A stretch of DNA of 64,000 bases from Acidobacteriota bacterium (GCA_040005235.1 JBDTZG010000002.1:96001-160000); one strand, 5' to 3'; numbered from the stretch's first letter, positions 49,419 to 60,063 are shown. Numbers and translations are program-made. Notes: a model not told the origin generated them from the letters alone.

Positions 49419-51983
49419 CTACGGCGCGTATCCCGCCGGGGCCTTGATCTCCAATCCCGGCCGCTTTAACGCCACTTCCACCCGCCGGAACTTTCCGTCG
49501 CTGGTCGATTGGGTGGATTGATACGAGAGCAGCCAGCGGGCGCGCAGATCGCGATCGATCGACTGGTAGAGCTCGGCGAGCTCTTTGGCATCGTCGGGGA
49601 AGAGCGCCAGTCCACCGGTTGCCTCGGCCAGTTTTTCCAGGTGGTGGCGGGCGGCCAGCTCGCTCCTCGGCAACGAAAGGCCGATCGCATAGATCACGAC
49701 GCCGCTGCGCCGCGCGGCTTCCAGCGCCTGATCGAAATCGAAGCGGCTCGACTTGTCGCCGCCGTCGGTCAGTACCAGCAGGGCGCGCGGCCCGGAAAGC
49801 CCTTTCATGTAATCGAGCGCGAAGATCAAGCTGTCGAAGAGAGCGGTGCTCCGTTCGGCGGAGAGACCCGCGAGGCCCGCCACCAGCTTGTCGACCTCGG
49901 CGGTGAACGGCACTTCGATCACCGGTTTCTCCGAGAAGCGCAGCAACGCCGCCCGATCGCCGGGTTTGAGCGCGCCGCGCAGGAAACCTCCGGCCGCCTG
50001 CTGGACTTGGACGAGCGCGGATTCCATCGAGGCCGAGGTGTCGAGCAGCAGGGCGGCGCGGATCGGTAGGTTTTCCACCCGGTCGCAGCGCAGCAGCTCT
50101 TGCGGCACGCCGTCTTCGGCGACCGAGAAATCGCTGGCGGAAAGGCCCGCGACCGCATGCCCCGCGGCGTCGCGGACCTCCACCGGCAGCTCGACCAGGC
50201 GGACCTCGACGTGGCCGATCTCGCCCGGCGCGTTCAACACCACGAGATCCTCCGCCGTGCGGCCGTCGGCGAGATAGGCAAGCGCCCGCACCGAGACGAT
50301 CGCGCCGCTCTTGGGCAGGTCGATCGGCTGGAGCCAGGGTGGCTGGTAGAGGGTCGCAACGCGGAGGTCGTCGACGAACAGCTCCAACCGGTCGAGGGTC
50401 TCGCCGTCCGGCACTTTGATCTCCGCTTCGGCGCTCCGGCGGCCGCCGGGGTCCTGCCCCGGCCGCGGTTCGAGCAGGCGCACCGCGAAGCGTTGGGCGC
50501 CGGGATTGAGCGCCAACTCGTCGCTGCCGATCAAGGTTCCCGCCGCGTCGTAACCGAGCGCCCGGACCGTCCGGCTCGCCGGCAGCGAGCCCAAGTTCAA
50601 CTCGACGCTGTAGGGCGGCTTCCCCTTGGTCAAAATCGGTTTGTCTTCGAGCTGAAACGTGACTTTGGTGATCCGCGGATCGCCGATTTCGGTGTCGATC
50701 CTCACCGTGCCGGATTGAAGCTCGCCGGCCGGCCGCAGCAGGCGGATTGGAACGGCGGGGAACGACGGAGGAAGCGCCGCGACCACGCTCGTTGGGGTCT
50801 CCACACCGCCGGTGGGTGTCGCGACAGCCCCTCCCGAATCAGGTTCGACGTTCAGGTCGCGTTCGAAGCGGATCGCTTTCTTGGTCGCCAGCTCCTCCAC
50901 TTTGAGCACCAGTTTGTACTGGCCGGGCCGAAGCTCGCGCTCGATCGCAAGCGGCAGGTCGAAAGGCGGTGCGCCCTCTTTGACCGGCAGGTCGAAGCGC
51001 GCCCGGAACGAATCGAACAGCTCGTTTTCCTTGATCACTTCGCCGGTGATCAGGAACTCGTAGCTCGGCGAGCCGGCGATCTCTGTCGGCGTGGCGTCGG
51101 CCGAAGGGACGGCGAGCCGGGCGAGGACGCGGACGTGCTGCGAGCGGCCGGGGGTTTGCTCGATGCTATCCAGCCGGGCGTTCAACTGAGGATCATTTTC
51201 GTCTACGTCGGTCGAAACGGTCTTGAAGCTCGCCAGCCACTCGTTGTCGCCGCGCCGTTCCGGCTTCGACTGGGCGATCTCCAACTCGCCTCCCTGGTCT
51301 TCCAGCTGCACTTCGTAGATCGCTCTCCGGATGGGAGCTGCACCGGTAAGGCAGCGCTGGTTGACCAAGGTGATGAACCGATCCTCGTTGCCGAGATCCG
51401 CGTTGTCGCGAAACGCGGGAAGCAGCACGGCCCACCCTTCGCTCGGTCGCCAAAGCCGGTAGGGGCCGGAGGCCGCCGGCCGACGGAATAGAAAGGTGAA
51501 GGTGCCGACGCCGTTTCTCCCCGAGGGGTAGGTCCAGATCTCGATCGGCAGCAGGAAGAGCCCGCAATCGGTGTTGTAGATCGACAACGGCTCGCCCTTG
51601 AGCTGGAAGATCCGGCCCCGGTCGTCGACCTTTTCCGGGTAGCGAACCTTGCGCTCGTCCAGCCGGCGTCGCCATTCGATCTCGAATTCGTTGCGCAGGG
51701 TCTCCGGATACGGATCGCGCGCCTTCCAAAACGCACGGATGAACGCCTCGCGCTGGTAGTCCTTTTCGAGGGACAAGAACGCCTTCTTCTCGTCCTTGGT
51801 GATCAACAGATCGGCATCTTCGAGGAATTGGCGGAACGGCAGGGCGAGGTTGGGATCGTCCTTGGCGAGAGACACGGCCGGAGCCAAGAAGAGACAACCC
51901 AGAAGGACGAGGCCGCGGAAACCGCGGCGGAGGCCAAGCCGGCGAGAGCGCATGGCGAAACGGCTCAGCAGTTTCAATGCCAC
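49419..51983 (-). CDS. GWxTD-domain plus VWA-domain protein
   Basis: FWKARDPYPET..NE..., DRGRIF...G.P; MIDAS DTSASM, TALFD, LTDG. Confidence 0.85.
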   Translation of the reverse strand: MALKLLSRFAMRSRRLGLRRGFRGLVLLGCLFLAPAVSLAKDDPNLALPFRQFLEDADLLITKDEKKAFLSLEKDYQREAFIRAFWKARDPYPETLRNEFEIEWRRRLDERKVRYPEKVDDRGRIFQLKGEPLSIYNTDCGLFLLPIEIWTYPSGRNGVGTFTFLFRRPAASGPYRLWRPSEGWAVLLPAFRDNADLGNEDRFITLVNQRCLTGAAPIRRAIYEVQLEDQGGELEIAQSKPERRGDNEWLASFKTVSTDVDENDPQLNARLDSIEQTPGRSQHVRVLARLAVPSADATPTEIAGSPSYEFLITGEVIKENELFDSFRARFDLPVKEGAPPFDLPLAIERELRPGQYKLVLKVEELATKKAIRFERDLNVEPDSGGAVATPTGGVETPTSVVAALPPSFPAVPIRLLRPAGELQSGTVRIDTEIGDPRITKVTFQLEDKPILTKGKPPYSVELNLGSLPASRTVRALGYDAAGTLIGSDELALNPGAQRFAVRLLEPRPGQDPGGRRSAEAEIKVPDGETLDRLELFVDDLRVATLYQPPWLQPIDLPKSGAIVSVRALAYLADGRTAEDLVVLNAPGEIGHVEVRLVELPVEVRDAAGHAVAGLSASDFSVAEDGVPQELLRCDRVENLPIRAALLLDTSASMESALVQVQQAAGGFLRGALKPGDRAALLRFSEKPVIEVPFTAEVDKLVAGLAGLSAERSTALFDSLIFALDYMKGLSGPRALLVLTDGGDKSSRFDFDQALEAARRSGVVIYAIGLSLPRSELAARHHLEKLAEATGGLALFPDDAKELAELYQSIDRDLRARWLLSYQSTQSTSDGKFRRVEVALKRPGLEIKAPAGYAP

Positions 51984-52001
51984 GCGCCCCCGGCCTCGCC
52001 T

Positions 52002-54509
52002 TTACTTGTCGCCCGTCGGCGGAGCCAAGGTCAGCCGATGGACCGCCTTGCCGGGCAGGAACGGTGTCGGCTCGCCTTTTTCCCACGCTTCGTGGCCGGC
52101 CATGTAATAGGGCGACAAGGGATGACCGCTTTCGCCTATCGGCGTTTCGAAGATGCCTTTGTCTTCCGCTCCGGGGGAAACCGCGATCCGCTCGGAGGCG
52201 CCGAAGCCGGCCGACTGGACGCGCGGCATGTTGTGGTCGCCCGGCAGCGGATCGCGCGGCGCGTTCAGGTAGCGGCCGAGCGCGGGGATGGCGAGCGCGA
52301 TCGGATGCTGGAATCGCGTCGTGTTGACCCGGCCCCAGGTTCGGTCCGCGAGATTGGGGCCCAACCCTTTCGTGCTGCCGGGGAATGCGTCGATCGCGGC
52401 GAGGAACTGCTCGTCCCAGCTCTTGAACTTCGGATCGAGCAGATGCGCCGGCCGTTTCTGGACCATCTCCCAGAGCGGCCCTTCGAGCTGATTGAACTGC
52501 CAGAAATTGAAATTCGGGTCGGCGGCTTTGCAGCGGGCGGTGATTGCGGAAAAGACCTGGTCGAGCAGATTGCTCCGGAAGTTTCGCACGATGAGGTACG
52601 CCGCTGAATCGATCGACGCCTTGCCGGTCCAGGTGGTTTCGAGCAGCCGGCGCATCTCCGCGCGCTCGGGATGTCCGGCGAGCGCCTCGGGCGTCAAGGC
52701 CGCCAGCTCGACGCCGCGCCAGCGGTCGAGGAAGAGCGCCCGGTCGTCGAGCTGGATCGCCAGAAAGTCCTTCGGCGCAGCCTTTTCCAGCTTCGCCAGG
52801 TCGTCGCGGATCTGCCGGGCGCGGGCGCCGAGATCGTGGCCGCCGTTGCCCAACTTTGCTAGAAACGCCCCTTCGGTCGTCCGGTTGTTCGCGGTCCAAA
52901 TGCGCCCGTCGGGCGGATCGATGATCGTCGGAACCTCGTCGTCGGCGAGCCATCCGTTCCAGCCGCGCGTGCCGTCGCCCCACGAGACGGGGGTCGCCCC
53001 GTCCCAGCCGACGCGGCGAGGGATCGCGCCGATGATCGTCCAGCCGATGTGCCCTAGGGCGTCGACCACGGTGAAGTTCTGCGGCGGAATGCCGATCCGG
53101 TGCGCGGCATGAATCGCCTCGGCGACGTTGGCCGCGTGTTCCAGGTCGAGACTGTTGAGGTTGATCGCCTCTGGATGATGGGCGGTCCAGGCGAGCACCC
53201 GCGGGCGCTTGGCATGGTCGCTGTCGATCACCGGTCCCCAGATCGTTTCAAGGACGGTCAACTCCACCGGCGGACGCCCCTTGACCCGGATCGTCTCCGG
53301 GAAGTGCTCGAACGGTTTCGGGCCGGACGGCGTGCCGTAGATCGTCGGCTGGCTCGGATCGAAATCGAGCTCGACCAGATCGGTCCAATCGCCATAGCTG
53401 TTGGTGAAGCCCCAGGCGACATGGCCGTTCGAACCGACCGCCACCATCGGCGTGCCGGGGAGCGTGACCCCGGTGGTCCGCCGGCTGGTGCCGTTCGCGT
53501 CGTTCCAGATCAGCGAAGCGCGGTACCAGGTGTTCGGCACGGTGATTCCGAGGTGCATGTCGTTGCCCAGCATCCCGCGGCCGTCGGCGGTGTGGGCTCC
53601 CGAAAGCGCCCAGTTGTTGCTGCCCACGGCGGCCCGGTCTGCGGGCGCCGGTTCGGGGAACGGGTCGAAGAGGGGAGCCAATGCCGCGGCCTTCGAGGCG
53701 GGGGCGGCCGGCGGCTGATGGGAAAGGTCGAAGACCTCCGGGCCCGGCATGGCCGGCGGTAGGATCGGCCCGCCGACGAGCGGCGCATCCCACTCGGTGC
53801 CGTCCGTGGCGAGATAGGCGGCCAGCTCCGGCGGCAGGAGGTCGCGCATCAAGCCGCGGTCGGAATCGCGCCGGCCGTTCTCGTCGTTCAGCTCGAAGAA
53901 CATCGCAAAGACCGCGACCAGCGAGTCCTCCGGCCGCCAGGGCGCGGGTTTCATTCGAATCGCCAGATATTCAGGCGGCCGCGCACCGAGGCTTAGCAGG
54001 CCTGCGTTCACCCCCTGGGTATAGGCTTCGAGCACCTGGCGCTGCTCCGGGGGAAGGGTTTTGAAGCGGCTCTCGGCGCGGCTCCGGAAACGATGAATGC
54101 GGTGCTGTTTGTCCAGCTCGATCGCCGCCGGCCCGAAAAGCTCGGCCAGCTCGCCCGCCCCCTGACGGCGCATCAAATCCATCTGAAAGAAGCGGTCCTG
54201 GCCATGCAGGAAACCCAAGCCTCGCGCGGCGTCCGCGCGATTGGCGGCCCGGACCGTCGGCACCCCTAAAGCATCGCGCTCGATCTCGACCGAGGCCGAC
54301 AGCCCCGCCACCGACGCCCGGCCGTCGAGCTGCGGCAGGCTCGCGGTCATCTGAATCCAAAACCAGAGGGTGAACGCGATCACCAGCAGGAGCAGGACGC
54401 CCAGAGTCCCCGCGGCGATCAAAAGCACCCGACGCATTCGGCCTCGTACACGACGTCGGGAAGGGGGCGGAACGGGCTGGATCACAGGAATCATCGCCAG
54501 AGTCCTCAT
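52002..54509 (-). CDS. Penicillin acylase family Ntn-hydrolase
   Basis: RDALGVP, QDRFFQMDL, GSNNW, NDMHL, TANN; start approximate. Confidence 0.92.
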   Translation of the reverse strand: MRTLAMIPVIQPVPPPSRRRVRGRMRRVLLIAAGTLGVLLLLVIAFTLWFWIQMTASLPQLDGRASVAGLSASVEIERDALGVPTVRAANRADAARGLGFLHGQDRFFQMDLMRRQGAGELAELFGPAAIELDKQHRIHRFRSRAESRFKTLPPEQRQVLEAYTQGVNAGLLSLGARPPEYLAIRMKPAPWRPEDSLVAVFAMFFELNDENGRRDSDRGLMRDLLPPELAAYLATDGTEWDAPLVGGPILPPAMPGPEVFDLSHQPPAAPASKAAALAPLFDPFPEPAPADRAAVGSNNWALSGAHTADGRGMLGNDMHLGITVPNTWYRASLIWNDANGTSRRTTGVTLPGTPMVAVGSNGHVAWGFTNSYGDWTDLVELDFDPSQPTIYGTPSGPKPFEHFPETIRVKGRPPVELTVLETIWGPVIDSDHAKRPRVLAWTAHHPEAINLNSLDLEHAANVAEAIHAAHRIGIPPQNFTVVDALGHIGWTIIGAIPRRVGWDGATPVSWGDGTRGWNGWLADDEVPTIIDPPDGRIWTANNRTTEGAFLAKLGNGGHDLGARARQIRDDLAKLEKAAPKDFLAIQLDDRALFLDRWRGVELAALTPEALAGHPERAEMRRLLETTWTGKASIDSAAYLIVRNFRSNLLDQVFSAITARCKAADPNFNFWQFNQLEGPLWEMVQKRPAHLLDPKFKSWDEQFLAAIDAFPGSTKGLGPNLADRTWGRVNTTRFQHPIALAIPALGRYLNAPRDPLPGDHNMPRVQSAGFGASERIAVSPGAEDKGIFETPIGESGHPLSPYYMAGHEAWEKGEPTPFLPGKAVHRLTLAPPTGDK

Positions 54510-54680
54510 TCCCCAAACAAGGGGAGAATCGTTGTGGGTTCGGTCGAAAAAAGTGTCGCGTGGGAACTGTATCGCGCCGTCCACGCCTTACGCGGGGTAG
54601 GGGCGAAAGTTACACGAATTCGCCCGGGGCTGGTGGCACGAGTATTCAGGAATGGGTGCCCGTCTGTTAGTCTTAACGCC

Positions 54681-56372
54681 ATGCAAGAAATTTTTAAGTC
54701 CTTCTCACGGGTCCTTGTTGTATCCCTGTCCCTAGTCGCCAGCCCTTCCATCGTCGCTTTGGGCCAAGCACTCCAGGAGGAGCCTGAACCTGGAACCTTT
54801 GCCACCAACGAACTTTTCGAGCTGAACGAAGCACCACAGGTCGAGGCGTCACAGGAGACCCGGCCGCCGGATGTGGAGCCGGATGGAGACGGCTATACCG
54901 ATAAAGAACGGGAAGAAGCTGCGGCCGGCGCATTGGCCGATCGCCGGGCCGAAGCGCCGGATCAGGTTCTTACCTTCGACGCCGATACACCGCCGCCCCA
55001 GGCCGAAGGGCCGGTTGGCGATACGGTGGCGGTAGTAAGGAGTTTTGCAGGAATCGATTTTTCAATGAGCGGTCGTCCCATCCCGGATGTGAGCATTGCT
55101 AGGAGCCCGAATCGCATTCTGCAAGCAACCAACGCGATGCTTCGCCTAACTGATACCGGGGGCGCCGTCATCTCTCAAATGTCGACGGATACGTTCTTCG
55201 GCCTGACCGGACTGAAAGCTGGAACTACCGACCCCAAGGTCTATTTCGACGCTCTTGGTACGACGAAAGTGTTTGTCATCGCGGTAATGGGCAAGGGAAC
55301 ACCCAAGAAGCTTCATATCGCAGTGTCCCGAAACCCCGATCCCACGAACCTGCTGGCTCCGGAGAGCTGGTGCCGCTTCAGTCTGGACCATCCTGCAATT
55401 GTCCCTCAGGTGGGCGCTGACTATCCGAACTTGGGGGCTGGGTCGGAGCATCTGATTCTGACGTCCAACCACTTCGCGGGAAGCGGCGGTGGCACCTTGG
55501 TTCGGCTGATTGCAAAAAATATTTTGTACATTAACCCGCCCACCTGCCGTACCAGCGTGCCTTTGACCGCGCTCTTCCCGGCTCCCAGTGGTCTCACGCT
55601 CGATGTGAATTTGCGGACCCTTCAACCTGTCCAGAGTGTCATCGCTCCTACCCCCGTCGGGGGCGTAGTCCCATTTGGGTATCTCGTGAGTGCGCTTGAG
55701 TATGGCACTTATGGGTACCGGGTTTGGAGCATCCAACGTAACAGCACAGGTGCTCTTGTCCTTCTTCCTTCTGCGCCTGTCTTGGCTTCGAAAATGTACT
55801 TGGCGCCACCTCCCGCGCCTCAGCCGCCGAATTCTGCAACATACACGTTGGATCCCGGAGATGGCCGCATTTTGCAGGCTGTGGGTGTCGGCAATTCGAT
55901 CTGGTTTTCCCAGACGACAGGGTGCAACAATAGTGGAACTGGGGTGAACGAATCTTGTGCTAATGCGATGCAGCTGAATGTCGTACCGGGGGCAAGCATG
56001 CCCAGTGCGAGTTTCGGCCAGCAGTACATGATTGGCGCCGGTACGGGCGTTTCCATTTGGCAGCCGTCAATCGCGATTACGCCCACGGCCCACGTTGCCC
56101 TTATGTATCATCAGGGGTCGAAGGACCTCGCGATGAGTCTTGGCCTTGCCGTCAAGCGAGCGTCCACGACGATCTTCAAGGCTCTTCCTCTGGAGCGAGG
56201 TGCTTGCAACAAGATAGGCAGCCAGATTCGAACCGGCGATTATCTGGGTGCCCAAGGGGACCCTAGCGGTGCGACCTTTTGGTTGGCCGGAGAGAAGTTG
56301 GTCAATTTTGGGCCGGACCCTCAGCACTTGACTTGTCAGTGGACGACTTTTGTCAAAGAGGTACGGCCATGA
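54681..56372 (+). CDS. Secreted hypothetical protein (probable beta-propeller), lower GC
   Basis: Signal peptide; PDVSIA, DPKVYFD, DYPNLG, RTGDY motifs. Confidence 0.7.
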   Translation: MQEIFKSFSRVLVVSLSLVASPSIVALGQALQEEPEPGTFATNELFELNEAPQVEASQETRPPDVEPDGDGYTDKEREEAAAGALADRRAEAPDQVLTFDADTPPPQAEGPVGDTVAVVRSFAGIDFSMSGRPIPDVSIARSPNRILQATNAMLRLTDTGGAVISQMSTDTFFGLTGLKAGTTDPKVYFDALGTTKVFVIAVMGKGTPKKLHIAVSRNPDPTNLLAPESWCRFSLDHPAIVPQVGADYPNLGAGSEHLILTSNHFAGSGGGTLVRLIAKNILYINPPTCRTSVPLTALFPAPSGLTLDVNLRTLQPVQSVIAPTPVGGVVPFGYLVSALEYGTYGYRVWSIQRNSTGALVLLPSAPVLASKMYLAPPPAPQPPNSATYTLDPGDGRILQAVGVGNSIWFSQTTGCNNSGTGVNESCANAMQLNVVPGASMPSASFGQQYMIGAGTGVSIWQPSIAITPTAHVALMYHQGSKDLAMSLGLAVKRASTTIFKALPLERGACNKIGSQIRTGDYLGAQGDPSGATFWLAGEKLVNFGPDPQHLTCQWTTFVKEVRP

Positions 56373-56875
56373 GAACAACTTCAATACCTAAGGTCACGCT
56401 TCTGGTGCTGGCGTTCCTCGGAGTAGTAGCCGCCGGATCGGCGCAGGAGCCCTCCGGCTTCCTGCTCCGGCATCGGGTTCATTTGGTATCGGTTGAGTTG
56501 GGGATCGACGCCACCACCGAACAGGCGATCTTTCGCGACGGCCTGATCGTGACTACGACCGAGACCTTGAGCGATGTTCAGATCAGCCGTCGTCGCGCCA
56601 CCCCTGAAGCGCTCAGAAGACTTCACGCGGCCTTTCGGCAGTTTCACATCGGGGAGGAAGGAGGGGCGTGCTATCAGGCGTCGACTCAGTTTGATTTCAT
56701 CCAAGACACCTTCACTTGGTTCTCTCGTGGTGCGGCGGGACACACCTTCAAGGTGGGTGATCCGTTCACCGAAATCTGCGGCGAGAACGCGACGCGGCTT
56801 CTGGCGGAGATTTCTGACTTCCTAGGTTCGGCGACCCCTGAACCGGGCCTCCAGGATGTGGTGATCTCGAACTAG
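56369..56875 (+). CDS. Secreted hypothetical protein
   Basis: ATGA overlap with upstream gene; signal peptide; 2 Cys. Confidence 0.7.
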   Translation: MRTTSIPKVTLLVLAFLGVVAAGSAQEPSGFLLRHRVHLVSVELGIDATTEQAIFRDGLIVTTTETLSDVQISRRRATPEALRRLHAAFRQFHIGEEGGACYQASTQFDFIQDTFTWFSRGAAGHTFKVGDPFTEICGENATRLLAEISDFLGSATPEPGLQDVVISN

Positions 56876-56921
56876 CTCTCAACCCCCTAGGCCGGCGCAC
56901 TCGGCTACACTCTCCCGACCC

Positions 56922-58745
56922 ATGCGCGAGCCTACCCTCCCCGACCTACGGGCTTTTCTCGACCAGCTGCGGCGCAATGGCGACCTGGCGGTGGTCGAGG
57001 CGCCGGTCGATGCCCGTTTGGAGGTCCCTGAGATCCACCGGCGGGCGATCGCGGCGGGTGGGCCGGCGCTCTTGTTCACGAACGTTCGCGGGGCGGATTT
57101 TCCGCTGGTCACCAACCTGTTCGGGACTCCGAAGCGGGCCGAGATCGCTTTCGGCAAGCGGCCGTTCGAGCTGATTCGCCGCTTGGTCTCGCTCGCGCAG
57201 GAGATCCTTCCTCCCACTCCTGCGAAGCTCTGGGCGGCGCGGGACTTCGCGTTCGAGGCTCTTCGGGTGGGCCTGAAGCGTGGGCACTCCGGGCCGGTCT
57301 CCGAGGTGGTGACGAAGAGCCGGGAGGAGGTACGGCTCGATCGGCTGCCCGTGCTCACCACCTGGCCGGAGGACGGCGGGCCGTTCGTCACCCTGCCGCT
57401 GGTCTATACCGAGCACCCCGACGGCCACGGCCACAACCTGGGGATGTACCGGCTCCAAGTGCATGACGAGCGGACCACCGGGATGCATTGGCAGATCGGC
57501 AAGGGCGGAGGATTCCACTACGCGGTCGCCGAGTCGCGCGGCGAGACGCTACCGGTCACAGTCTTTTTGGGCGGGCCACCCGCGCTGATCCTATCGGCCA
57601 TTGCGCCGCTGCCTGAAAACGTTCCCGAGCTGATGCTCGCTTCGCTGATCGCCGGGCAGAAGCTTGGGCTGATCGAGGGGGTCGGCCCGCACCCTCTGAT
57701 CGCCAACGCGGAATTCGCTCTGATCGGCAAGGTGCCGCCTCGCGTCCGCCGCCCGGAAGGGCCGTTCGGCGACCACTACGGCTACTACTCGCTAGAGCAC
57801 GACTACCCCGTCTTCGAAGTCGAAAAGATCGCTCGGCGGAAAGACGCGATCTACCCCGCGACCGTGGTCGGCAAGCCGCGGCAGGAGGATTTCTTCCTCG
57901 GCGATCTCCTCCAGGAGCTGCTCTCTCCCCTCTTCCCGCTGGTCATGCCGGGCGTGCTCGATCTTTGGTCGTACGGCGAGACCGGCTACCACTCGCTCGC
58001 CGGAGCGGTGGTCCGCGAGCGTTACCGCCGCGAGGCGATGGCGAGCGCGTTTCGCATCCTGGGCGAAGGCCAGCTGTCGCTCACCAAGTTCCTGCTGGTA
58101 ACCGACCAGCCGGTCGATCTCAAAGACTTCCGCGCGACGCTGGTCCATCTGCTCGAACGGACGCGGCCGGAAACCGATCTCTACGTTTTCTCGAACCTGT
58201 CGATGGACACGCTCGACTACTCCGGGCCCAAAGTGAACGAAGGGTCGAAAGGCGTCTGGCTGGGTTTAGGCGACCCGGTGCGCGACCTGCCGCGCGAGTT
58301 TCAGGCGCCGGAGCTGCCGGTCGGTTGCCCCGAAGTCCACGTCTTCTGCCCCGGCTGCCTGGTAGTCGGCGGCCCGTCGTTCGAGAGCGAGCCGGGGGCT
58401 GCGGCTCGCTTCGCCGCGCACCCGGCGTTCGCCGACTGGCCGCTCGTGATCCTTTCCGACGAGCCGAAACGGGCCGCAGCGAGCGCGATGAATTTCCTCT
58501 GGACGACCTTCACCCGCTTCGAGCCGGCGGCCGACATCTACGCTGCCTCTACCGACGTCGTCCGGCATCACCTGTCGTACCAACCGCCGATCTTGATCGA
58601 CGCCCGCACCAAACCCTGGTACCCCAAAGAGCTGTTCGCCGACCCGGCGACCGCCGCCACCGTCACGCGCCGCTGGCGGGAGTATTTCCCCGACGGCAAT
58701 GTCGAGATGGGCGACTCGGACCGGGGGCATCTCGATCCGGAGTAG
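56922..58745 (+). CDS. UbiD-family decarboxylase (probably futalosine-pathway type)
   Basis: TNLFGT, NLGMYRLQ, EGPFGDHYGYY, GKPRQED, DTLDY. Confidence 0.9.
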   Translation: MREPTLPDLRAFLDQLRRNGDLAVVEAPVDARLEVPEIHRRAIAAGGPALLFTNVRGADFPLVTNLFGTPKRAEIAFGKRPFELIRRLVSLAQEILPPTPAKLWAARDFAFEALRVGLKRGHSGPVSEVVTKSREEVRLDRLPVLTTWPEDGGPFVTLPLVYTEHPDGHGHNLGMYRLQVHDERTTGMHWQIGKGGGFHYAVAESRGETLPVTVFLGGPPALILSAIAPLPENVPELMLASLIAGQKLGLIEGVGPHPLIANAEFALIGKVPPRVRRPEGPFGDHYGYYSLEHDYPVFEVEKIARRKDAIYPATVVGKPRQEDFFLGDLLQELLSPLFPLVMPGVLDLWSYGETGYHSLAGAVVRERYRREAMASAFRILGEGQLSLTKFLLVTDQPVDLKDFRATLVHLLERTRPETDLYVFSNLSMDTLDYSGPKVNEGSKGVWLGLGDPVRDLPREFQAPELPVGCPEVHVFCPGCLVVGGPSFESEPGAAARFAAHPAFADWPLVILSDEPKRAAASAMNFLWTTFTRFEPAADIYAASTDVVRHHLSYQPPILIDARTKPWYPKELFADPATAATVTRRWREYFPDGNVEMGDSDRGHLDPE

Positions 58746-59074
58746 GCCGGCCCGCAGCCGGCCCGCAAACTCCGGTATACTTCTCGCTGAATTCGCGACA
58801 CAATATCCTAGGAGGATCTAGTTGGCGGAACGTGTGCCGTGGAAGGGATTCGAAGGTTTCTTGGACTCCCGCGAGACCGGCCGCGAGATCTGGCGTGCCG
58901 ACAGGCTTCCTCCGATGCCCGTGACCCGGGCTCCTGTGTCTTTGTACCGCTGCTCGGTCAGGAGGAAAAGACTCGAGGCTGGGCCGCTGAGGGGACCGCG
59001 CCAGTGCGCAACTGAATATTGGTAAATCGTCGCAAGCAGGGCGTCCAAAACCAAACTCACGAAAAGGAGAAGCA

Positions 59075-59296
59075 ATGCACAAGAAGAAACTTAGCCTGGC
59101 CAGGGAAACCTTGCAGCGCCTGGAGGCCTCTCAGGTGATCCATGGCGCGTTTTCGCTTAGTTGCGTTGTTTCAGATTACTATACCTGTTGGACGGATTGC
59201 GATGCTTGCTACGGCTCGACGAATTGGCCAACCTGCGCGGGAAGTAATTGCAACACCTGCCATTCGGGTGGCTGCCAAACGAACCGGTGCGTTTGA
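59075..59296 (+). CDS. Cys-rich RiPP-like precursor peptide 1
   Basis: AAAGGAG RBS; leader KKKLSLARETL...GA; core with 9 Cys and many Ser/Thr. Confidence 0.75.
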   Translation: MHKKKLSLARETLQRLEASQVIHGAFSLSCVVSDYYTCWTDCDACYGSTNWPTCAGSNCNTCHSGGCQTNRCV

Positions 59297-59327
59297 GATT
59301 GGCCTTTGGGACAGGGAAGGAACACAG

Positions 59328-59525
59328 ATGCGAAAGAAAAAGCTCGCCTTGGCCAGGGAAACCGTGCAGAAGTTGGAGATCACCGATGTGGTCAGTGGAG
59401 CCGTTCGCACCGCTGATTCATGTGGCTTTGAATGCACGGTTATCAGTGATGCGCCGACCTGTGCGGCCACACTCTGCGGTGGAAATTGCCACTCGGGTGG
59501 TTGCCAGACACAGGTGTGTGTTTGA
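59328..59525 (+). CDS. Cys-rich RiPP-like precursor peptide 2
   Basis: AAGGA RBS; leader KKKLALARETV...GA; core with 7 Cys; paralog of peptide 1. Confidence 0.75.
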   Translation: MRKKKLALARETVQKLEITDVVSGAVRTADSCGFECTVISDAPTCAATLCGGNCHSGGCQTQVCV

Positions 59526-59669
59526 CTTCGCTCGGGGTTTAACCTGGGCGACTCGCTAGAATAGGAGTCGCGAAACCCACCCTACACCCCTCAGGAGGAA
59601 GGGTGGGTTCGTATTCGCCAGACCTTAGGGCCCGTGCCCGCACACCGGGCTCAACGTCGACGCCGCTGA

Positions 59670-60063
59670 GAACGTGCTCGCGCTTCATCCGGGCGACGTA
59701 GTGAGGCAGCGACCACATGTCCATCAAGGTCGTGACGCCGAACTCCGCCGAACGCACCAATTTCTGCCGGTCGCGGGAATGGCCGTGGGAATCGATCAGA
59801 CCGGGCAGGAGCGTCGAGCCGGTGCCGTCGATCTCCGGCAGGTCGTGAGGGGCGTGAACGTTCTGGCCGACTGCCGCGATCTCGCCGTTTCGAACGACGA
59901 CCGTGGCATGAGGAATCGTCCGAACGCCTTCGAAAACCCGGACGTTGGTGACGGAAAACGAGTCGTTGTGCGCGCGGGCCAAGGGGGCCGCCGTGGCCGG
60001 CGGGGCGAGGAACGCGGCGCCGAGGGCCAGGGCGGAAAGAGAGGGGAGCGTGACATTGCGCAT
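59670..60063 (-). pseudogene. Secreted amidohydrolase, C-terminally truncated
   Basis: Signal peptide, VVVRNGEIAAVG, LLPGLIDSHGH, FGVTT..DM; homology ends at about residue 130. Confidence 0.75.

Noticed and set aside
58821-58838. Sigma-54 promoter for the precursor peptides (TTGGCGGAACGTGTGCC)
   Set aside because: The GG-N10-GC spacing fits but the flanks are weak, and such matches are common in GC-rich DNA.
59246-59265. CNTCH as a cytochrome c heme site in peptide 1
   Set aside because: No export signal, and the paralog has different spacing (CGGNCH).
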